64,000 nucleotides of DNA from Oscillospiraceae bacterium. GTDB lineage: Bacteria; Bacillota; Clostridia; Oscillospirales; Oscillospiraceae. The stretch lies in contig JAJPYE010000007.1 of NCBI GenBank assembly GCA_021205095.1, positions 62,338 to 126,337 of the forward strand. The letters run 5' to 3'. The notes below the pieces were generated by a model. The model was not told the DNA's origin, made no database searches, and was given only the letters and a program-made list of their open reading frames with translations. Below, piece by piece: positions 57,828 to 64,000 of the stretch. Each line of letters opens with the position of its first letter. Position 1 is the first letter of the stretch. The position numbers and the translations under genes were made by a program.

Positions 57828-58366
57828 GAGTGATTGCAGGCGAGGCGCGGGGACGGCGGCTGCTGGAGCCGAAGGATATGTCTGTTCGCCCCACCACGGA
57901 CATGGTGAAGGAGGCGGCTTTCAGCATCTTGCAGTTTGATTTGGCTGGCCGGCGGGTGCTGGATCTGTTCGCCGGAACGGGCCAGCTTGGCATCGAGGCG
58001 CTGAGCCGGGGCGCGGCGGAGTGCGTTTTTGTGGACAGCAGCCCCGCGTCCCTGACACTGGTGCGGAAAAACCTGGAAATCTGTCATATGCAAGGGACGG
58101 TCATACAGCGTAATGCACTGGATTACCTGGAAAACTGCGGAAAATTTGACGTTATTTTGCTGGATCCGCCCTATCACCAGGGATTGTATCATCCTGTTTT
58201 ATCCGCGATTTTTAGATTTGACATATTAACAGATGGTGGTATAATACTGGTCGAAAGTATGCGAAACGAGCCGATGCCGGAGGCCGCGCCTCCCTATAGG
58301 CTTGCAAGGGCTTATCACTACGGAAAAATATCCCTTACGGCCTATAAGAAAAATATAAGCATATAA
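57824..58366 (+). CDS. rsmD: 16S rRNA (guanine966-N2)-methyltransferase
   Basis: MRVIAG..RGR.L......RPT.D.V.EA.F and the DPPY motif. ATGA overlap with uvrC. Confidence 0.85.
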   Translation: MRVIAGEARGRRLLEPKDMSVRPTTDMVKEAAFSILQFDLAGRRVLDLFAGTGQLGIEALSRGAAECVFVDSSPASLTLVRKNLEICHMQGTVIQRNALDYLENCGKFDVILLDPPYHQGLYHPVLSAIFRFDILTDGGIILVESMRNEPMPEAAPPYRLARAYHYGKISLTAYKKNISI

Positions 58367-58376
58367 GAGGAACGCC

Positions 58377-58874
58377 ATGACCACAGCTATTTATCCGGGC
58401 AGCTTCGATCCCATCACTCTGGGGCATCTGAACATTATCCGCCGTGCCGCACAGATTTTTGACAAGGTTGTTGTCTGCGTCATGAAAAACCGGGAAAAAT
58501 CACCTCTGTTCACCCTAGAGGAACGGGTGGAACTGGCCAAAAAGGCCACGGCCCGGTACGTCAATGTTGAGGTGACGACCACCGATATGCTGCTGGTGGA
58601 ATATGCCAAGCAGTTTGAAAACCCAGTCATCGTGAAGGGGCTGCGGGCTGTGTCCGACTTTGATTATGAGTTCCAGATTGCTCTTATCAACAAAAAAATG
58701 AACCCCGATTTGGAAACATTGTTTCTCACCGCCAGCGAGAAATATACTTTTCTAAGCTCCACCGCCGTCAAGGAGATGGCCGCCTATGGAGCCGATTTGT
58801 CGGAACTGGTTCCCATGGAAATTATTGACGATGTATTGACAAAAACACAAATGAGGAGGCAGACAGAGAAATGA
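58377..58874 (+). CDS. coaD: Phosphopantetheine adenylyltransferase
   Basis: YPGSFDPITLGHL nucleotidyltransferase motif. Confidence 0.95.
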   Translation: MTTAIYPGSFDPITLGHLNIIRRAAQIFDKVVVCVMKNREKSPLFTLEERVELAKKATARYVNVEVTTTDMLLVEYAKQFENPVIVKGLRAVSDFDYEFQIALINKKMNPDLETLFLTASEKYTFLSSTAVKEMAAYGADLSELVPMEIIDDVLTKTQMRRQTEK

Positions 58875-59365
58875 ACGACAACGAAGGTATCCTTGAGCTT
58901 ATTGAGCTTTTATATTCCATGATCTCTGAGGCGTGGGGCGTGCCTCTTGGCAACGACAGATGCCTTGTGGATCGGGAAAAGGCCCTTGACCTGATTGAGG
59001 AAATCAAAACCCAGCTCCCGGCGGAGATGGCGGAGGCGAAGCGTCTTGTTTCTGCCCGCGATGAGTTTATCCGCAGCGCGAAGAAGGAAGCGGAGTCTGT
59101 CCGCAAGCTGGCGGAGGAACGGGCCAGAAAGCTGGTGGACGAGCAGGAGATCGTTCGGGCTGCCAAAGCCAAATCCGAGGAGATATTGGCCACGGCGGAA
59201 AGCAAGTCCCGCGAGATACGCCGGGCTGCTAATGAGTATCTGGATGAATCCCTGGGCGGAGCGGAACAGTCCATGGCGCAGTCTCTGGAGATTGTGCGCC
59301 AGTGCCGCGCCCGCTTCCGCAGCGCCGCCGGTCAGCCCGCTGCAAGGCAGGAAAAACAGGAGTAA
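58871..59365 (+). CDS. Coiled-coil protein of unknown function
   Basis: ATGA overlap with coaD. Charged heptad-rich sequence (AEMAEAKRLVSARDEFIRSAKKEAESVRKLAEERARKL...). Confidence 0.55.
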   Translation: MNDNEGILELIELLYSMISEAWGVPLGNDRCLVDREKALDLIEEIKTQLPAEMAEAKRLVSARDEFIRSAKKEAESVRKLAEERARKLVDEQEIVRAAKAKSEEILATAESKSREIRRAANEYLDESLGGAEQSMAQSLEIVRQCRARFRSAAGQPAARQEKQE

Positions 59366-59391
59366 CCATCGGCCCACAGAAAAACACAATC

Positions 59392-59457
59392 AAGGCAGCG
59401 CCAAATTTGGGCGTTGCCTTTTCCATTCCCCACTGTTTTCGGTGGGGAAATTTTTTT
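59392..59457 (+). terminator. Two tandem terminators ahead of the dcw cluster
   Basis: AAGGCAGCGCC-AAATTTG-GGCGTTGCCTT followed by TT, and TTCCCCAC-TGTTTTCG-GTGGGGAA followed by ATTTTTTT. Confidence 0.8.
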
Positions 59458-59672
59458 GTGGAGGCTTGTATATGCAAAATTTAGAGAAAAACGTGAAATT
59501 GTAGTAAATAATTAGAAAAATTGATGGTTTTAACTCATAAAAGTGGCTTTTGCTGATTTTCATTTGAATGGTGAAGGGATGATTAAAACTAGATATTGTG
59601 GTGGCGGCGCGACCGAATAACAATAGTAAAAAAATGGAAGAAAAAAACCCGATTTCAATGAGAAATTTCCGC

Positions 59673-59701
59673 TTGCAATTTGAGCCGCCGCCCCCTATAA
59701 T
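59673..59701 (+). promoter_or_regulatory. mraZ (dcw) promoter
   Basis: TTGCAA (59673-59678), 17 nt, TATAAT (59696-59701). Confidence 0.6.
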
Positions 59702-59711
59702 AAAAGTCATG

Positions 59712-59782
59712 GTGGGGCGAAGTGGGGGAAAATGTTTTATTTTCCCACAACAGTGGCTCAATTTCACATGAAACGGGTGGGG
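59712..59782 (+). promoter_or_regulatory. GTGGGG direct repeats (candidate MraZ boxes)
   Basis: GTGGGG occurs at 59712-59717 and 59722-59727 (exactly 10-bp period), just downstream of the -10. A third copy is at 59777-59782 and an inverted GTGGG at 59744-59748. Confidence 0.5.
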
Positions 59783-59791
59783 GTGTTCCAA

Positions 59792-60208
59792 ATGACAGGA
59801 GAGTATCATCATTCTCTTGACGCTAAGGGACGCCTTTTTATCCCTTCCCGCCTGCGGGAAGAGCTTGGCCCGGAGTTTTATGTGACCCTATCCATGGATA
59901 AGTGTCTCTGCGCCTATAGCGCGGAGCAGTGGCAGATATTCTCCGACAAGGTGAACGCTATGCCCTATGTGAAGCAGCGGGCCATGCGTCCTTTGTATGC
60001 GTTTGCCAGTAAGTGCGAGCTTGACGCCCAGGGACGGGTGCTTCTGCCGCAGAATCTGCGGGAGCGAGCGGGGCTTGTGAAGAATGTCACCGTATTGGGC
60101 AGCAACAACCACGCGGAGTTCTGGGACAGCGATGAGTGGGACGCCATCCGGGATGGCGAGGCATCGCCTGAGAATATCGCAGCGGTGATGGAGGCGCTTG
60201 ATTTCTGA
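59792..60208 (+). CDS. mraZ: Transcriptional regulator MraZ
   Basis: Two SpoVT/AbrB-like repeats with DAKGR (LDAKGRLFIP, LDAQGRVLLP). The track ORF adds 20 codons. Confidence 0.9.
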   Translation: MTGEYHHSLDAKGRLFIPSRLREELGPEFYVTLSMDKCLCAYSAEQWQIFSDKVNAMPYVKQRAMRPLYAFASKCELDAQGRVLLPQNLRERAGLVKNVTVLGSNNHAEFWDSDEWDAIRDGEASPENIAAVMEALDF

Positions 60209-61134
60209 TGGAGCATCGAAGTGTTCTCCTGCAGGAATGTGTGAAGTATTTAAACATCCATCCAGACGGGGTATATGTGGATGGAACGCTGGGCCTTGGC
60301 GGTCACTCCGAGGCGATATTGGAAAGATTGACCACAGGAAAGCTTCTTGGTATCGATCGGGATGACATGGCCCTGGACTACGCCCGCCAACGGCTGACCC
60401 GATTCGGAGAGCGGGCGGTGCTGGTAAAGGGGAGCTTTGGCGACCTGGGGGCCATCATGGACAGCCAGGGCATTGCTCAGGCCGACGGGCTTTTGTTCGA
60501 CTTGGGGGTGTCGTCTCCTCAGCTTGACGATGCGGAGCGGGGCTTTTCCTATATGCACGACGCGCCACTGGACATGCGTATGGATCGCTCCATGGCCCTG
60601 ACGGCCAGAGATGTGCTGAACACCTGGTCGGAGGCGGAGCTGCGGAGTATTTTCTGGCGCTATGGGGAGGAGCGATACGCTGGGCGCATTGCGGCGGCAG
60701 TGATTGACCGCCGGGCGCATAAGCCCATTGAAACGACAGAAGAATTTGCGGCGCTGATACGGGACGCTATGCCCGCCTCAGCCCGCCGGGAACGACAGCA
60801 TCCCGCGAAGCGGTGCTTCCAGGCTGTGCGCATTGCCGTCAATGACGAGCTGGGCGAGCTGGAGAGGATGCTGGATCAGGTAGAAGAAAGACTTGCGCCG
60901 GGCGGACGGCTTTTGGTCATCAGCTTTCAGTCTTTGGAGGACAGGCTGGTGAAGGAGGCTATCCGCAAAAGGGAGAACGGCTGCACCTGCCCGCGGGATT
61001 TTCCCGTGTGTACCTGCGGATTCGTCCAGACCATGAAAAGCGTAACACGAAAGCCGGTGGTACCCACCGCAGCAGAAACAGAAGAAAACCCGCGGGCCAG
61101 AAGCGCCCGCCTGCGCATTGCGGAGAAGGTGTAG
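60208..61134 (+). CDS. rsmH: 16S rRNA (cytosine1402-N4)-methyltransferase
   Basis: H.SVLL.E, DGTLGLGGHS and DLGVSSPQLD motifs. One-nt overlap with the mraZ stop (TGATG). Confidence 0.95.
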   Translation: MEHRSVLLQECVKYLNIHPDGVYVDGTLGLGGHSEAILERLTTGKLLGIDRDDMALDYARQRLTRFGERAVLVKGSFGDLGAIMDSQGIAQADGLLFDLGVSSPQLDDAERGFSYMHDAPLDMRMDRSMALTARDVLNTWSEAELRSIFWRYGEERYAGRIAAAVIDRRAHKPIETTEEFAALIRDAMPASARRERQHPAKRCFQAVRIAVNDELGELERMLDQVEERLAPGGRLLVISFQSLEDRLVKEAIRKRENGCTCPRDFPVCTCGFVQTMKSVTRKPVVPTAAETEENPRARSARLRIAEKV

Positions 61135-61136
61135 TT

Positions 61137-61751
61137 ATGCCAGATATAAAGACGTTCAAAAGCTATAACTTCGTGACCGGCGCCGTGGATGGCACCCTGG
61201 CCTATGATTTTGGAAATCCCAACGCTTATGTGGGACAGGAACAGTATGAATACCCCGGCGATCCTGTTCAAAGCCCTGAGGAGCAGGAATGGGTCAAGGA
61301 ACGGCCCGGCAAAAAAACAAGGACAAAGACAAAATCAAAGGTCAAAGCACGGGAAGAGGCGCAGACCCGCCAGCATGTGTCGGCGGTAGCCGTTGCGGGC
61401 TATGTGGTCGTGGTAGTGCTGTGCGTCCTGCTGATGCTGGCCCAAATACAGGTAATGGAGCTGTCTGACACGGCAGCGGATCTGGAAAGTCAGATTTCTG
61501 ACCTGCAAACAGAGAAGGACAAGCTGACGGCGGAATATGAGACCACGTTCAATCTGAAGGACGTGGAGGAGTATGCCGAGAGCGTTCTGGGGATGCAGGA
61601 GCCTCAGGAGGATCAGATATATTACCTCTCCGGCGTGTCCGCCGGCGACAAGGCCGTGGTCATCACGCAGGAAGAGACGAACCTGTTCTCGCTGGGACTT
61701 GAGGACTTGATGAGTTCCGTCCAGGCGTTTGTTGATGGCATTTTTAATTGA
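61137..61751 (+). CDS. ftsL: FtsL-like cell division protein with long N-terminal extension
   Basis: Position after rsmH, a single TM helix (VAVAGYVVVVVLCVLLMLA), and a leucine-zipper-like coil (ADLESQISDLQTEKDKL). The track ORF start (61008) lies inside rsmH. Confidence 0.7.
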   Translation: MPDIKTFKSYNFVTGAVDGTLAYDFGNPNAYVGQEQYEYPGDPVQSPEEQEWVKERPGKKTRTKTKSKVKAREEAQTRQHVSAVAVAGYVVVVVLCVLLMLAQIQVMELSDTAADLESQISDLQTEKDKLTAEYETTFNLKDVEEYAESVLGMQEPQEDQIYYLSGVSAGDKAVVITQEETNLFSLGLEDLMSSVQAFVDGIFN

Positions 61752-61834
61752 CAAGCGTATTATACTGGTAGTACAAGGAGCGGATGGCGGAACACAGCGA
61801 CCCAGGCAACCAAAGCGACCCAAAGGAGAACCCT

Positions 61835-64000
61835 ATGTCAAAAAAACGCAAGTCAAAGGAACCCAAGTCACCAAACCGTATGATGCTTCGCCGCACACTG
61901 TTTCTTCTGATCGTGTGCGGCATAGTTGCTTTTATAGTATTGGGTGTGCGGCTGTATATCATACAGATCGTTCACCACGACGAGTATGAAGCGGCTGCGA
62001 TGGAGCAGCAGCTTCGGGAGACGACCGTTTCCGCCAAGCGCGGCACGATTTACGACCGAAACATGAACATCCTGGCCATGAGCGCCTCCACCAGCAACAT
62101 ATACATAAGCCCGGCGGAGATCGAAATGTATGACGAGGATGCTGAATTGATTGCCAGCACCCTGGCGGAGATATTGGATCTGGAATATGACGACATATAT
62201 GAGCTGACACAGAATACATCCTCCTGGTATACCACCGTGGCCCGGAAGGTCGATGACGACATTGCCGAGCAGGTACGGGCTTTTAAGGAGGAATATGGTC
62301 TGATGGGCGTTAAGATCGAGGAATCGTCTAAACGCTATTACCCGTACAGCAGTCTCGCCTGTCATGTAATCGGCTATGTAGGATCGGATGATTACGGTCT
62401 TGCGGGCATTGAGTATTATTATGATGACGATCTGTCCGGCACGGATGGACGTATTGTCCGGGCCACCAACGCCAACGGCACGGACATGATGTTCACGGAT
62501 TATGAAGACTATTATGACGCCGAGGACGGCTATAGCCTGGTGCTGACCATCGATGAGACGGTGCAGTATTATCTGGAGACTGCCCTGGAGGAGGCGGTGG
62601 AGGATTATATGTGCAGCGACGGCGCCGCCGGTATCGTCATGGACGTGAACACCGGGGCCGTTTTAGGCATGGCCTCTATCGGGAATTTTGACCTGAACGA
62701 CTATCTGACCATCAGCGATGAGGATCAGGCGGAGGCGGATGCGGCGGAGACGGAAGAGGAGCGGGACGAGATCATCAGCACTGCCCGGTCGCTCCAGTGG
62801 AGAAATAAGGCCATATCCGATACCTATGAACCGGGCTCCACCTTCAAAATTATCACCCTGGCCATGGCCCTGGAGTCCGGGGCGATTACTATGGATTCCA
62901 CCTTCTATTGCGGCGGCAGCATGAGCGTGCTGGGCCGTACCACGGAGCTGAACTGCTGGAGCAGCAGCGGTCACGGTACGGAAACGCTGACCCAGGCGGT
63001 TATGAACTCCTGCAATATCGCGTTTGTGAATATCGGCCTCAGCGTAGGAGCGGAGACCTTCTACGAGTACGCGGAGGCGTTCGGCCTGTTTGATACCACC
63101 GGCATTGATTTGCCCGGCGAGGCCAGCAGTATTTGGTGGGACGAGGAGACCTTTTATGATGAGGACAATAAATCCCAGCTTGCGGCGGCCTCCTTCGGAC
63201 AGACCTTTACCATCACGCCGATTCAGCTTATAACGGCGGTCAGCGCCGTGGCGAACGGCGGCTATCTGATGCAGCCCTATGTGGTGGATCAGGTTTTGGA
63301 CTCCGACGGCAATATCATCAGCCAGACGGAGCCTACCGTGGTGCGCCAGGTAATCAGTGAAGAGACCAGCGCCCTCTGCTGCGAAATATTGGAGCAGGTG
63401 GTGGGCAACTCCAGCGGCACCGGCAAAAACGCCTATGTGGCGGGCTATCGGGTGGCCGGCAAGACCGGCACCTCTGAGGACGTTACCTATGAGGCCAGCA
63501 CCAGCTCGAAAAAATATATCGTTTCCTTCATAGGCTTTGCTCCGGCGGACGACCCGGAGGTGTGCGTGCTGGTGCTGTTAAAGGATCCCAGCTCTGCCAG
63601 CGGCACTTATGTTTCCGGCGGCCAGATGGCGGCCCCTACGGTGGGGACGATTCTGTCCAATATCCTGCCCTATCTGGGAGTAGAGCCGGAGTACACCGAC
63701 GAGGAGGAGGAACTGGTGGATAAGACCGTACCCCGCCTGGTGGGTAAGACTGTTGCAGAGGCGGAGGCGGCCCTGGAGGAGCTGGGACTGGACTATCGCG
63801 TGGTGGGCGACGGAGATTCCGTTACCGACCAGCTTCCCAAATCCAATTCTACGGTAGCTGCCGGGAGCGAGATCGTTCTCTACTGCGGGGAAGAGGCGTC
63901 CACCGAGCAGGTGACAATGCTCGACCTGACAGGCCTGGATTATGAGACGGCCCGTATCCGCATGGGATGGTATGGCCTGTATATCAAGGCGGAGGGAACG
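61835..64000 (+). CDS. Class B penicillin-binding protein (FtsI/SpoVD-like) with PASTA domains, 3' end beyond window
   Basis: Absent from the ORF track because no stop codon falls in the window. ATG follows AAAGGAGAA. TM anchor, STFK, SCN and KTGT motifs, and C-terminal PASTA-like repeats. The frame stays open for 722 codons to nt 64000. Confidence 0.9.
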   Translation, partial: MSKKRKSKEPKSPNRMMLRRTLFLLIVCGIVAFIVLGVRLYIIQIVHHDEYEAAAMEQQLRETTVSAKRGTIYDRNMNILAMSASTSNIYISPAEIEMYDEDAELIASTLAEILDLEYDDIYELTQNTSSWYTTVARKVDDDIAEQVRAFKEEYGLMGVKIEESSKRYYPYSSLACHVIGYVGSDDYGLAGIEYYYDDDLSGTDGRIVRATNANGTDMMFTDYEDYYDAEDGYSLVLTIDETVQYYLETALEEAVEDYMCSDGAAGIVMDVNTGAVLGMASIGNFDLNDYLTISDEDQAEADAAETEEERDEIISTARSLQWRNKAISDTYEPGSTFKIITLAMALESGAITMDSTFYCGGSMSVLGRTTELNCWSSSGHGTETLTQAVMNSCNIAFVNIGLSVGAETFYEYAEAFGLFDTTGIDLPGEASSIWWDEETFYDEDNKSQLAAASFGQTFTITPIQLITAVSAVANGGYLMQPYVVDQVLDSDGNIISQTEPTVVRQVISEETSALCCEILEQVVGNSSGTGKNAYVAGYRVAGKTGTSEDVTYEASTSSKKYIVSFIGFAPADDPEVCVLVLLKDPSSASGTYVSGGQMAAPTVGTILSNILPYLGVEPEYTDEEEELVDKTVPRLVGKTVAEAEAALEELGLDYRVVGDGDSVTDQLPKSNSTVAAGSEIVLYCGEEASTEQVTMLDLTGLDYETARIRMGWYGLYIKAEGT

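Overview
This is about 60% GC Firmicutes/Clostridia chromosome. Sporulation genes (yqfC, yqfD, ylbJ), an SLH-anchored GH25 muramidase and S-box control suggest an Oscillospirales-like spore former. The window is almost entirely core housekeeping DNA. In order it contains: putP (cut by the window edge), a CDF metal exporter, trmB, and an 8-gene minus-strand block (pyrG-glmS-purB-purA-nadE-fumarate hydratase alpha/beta-malic enzyme). Next come two zinc-ribbon proteins, hpf, a SAM-I riboswitch driving metK-ahcY, and divergent trpS/gltX. An 11-gene gap-free histidine operon follows, led by a TrpR/YerC-like gene. After that come a 4-gene overlapping operon (Fe-S aldo/keto reductase-apbE-mpg-radical SAM), tRNA-Arg(CCG), rlmD, envelope genes (GH25-SLH, Mrp-like ATPase, CapA), the yqfC-yqfD-phoH-ybeY-era-recO-mutS2 block, ptsH, uvrC-rsmD-coaD, and the start of the dcw cluster (mraZ-rsmH-ftsL-PBP, with the PBP running off the window). 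The only accessory-looking DNA is a roughly 1.6 kb low-GC islet beside the tRNA. It carries a hicAB module whose hicA toxin gene appears frameshifted, a palindromic operator, and a 3' remnant of a tyrosine integrase. I found no CRISPR array, reverse transcriptase, defence-system ATPase/nuclease cluster or intact mobile element. The second-look items are regulatory (CDF leader, HisR-like gene, MraZ boxes), two very acidic secreted proteins of unknown function, a zinc-ribbon gene pair, and the decayed islet. The many long antisense ORFs in the track are high-GC shadow ORFs. All identifications rest on motif recognition by eye; no database search was run.
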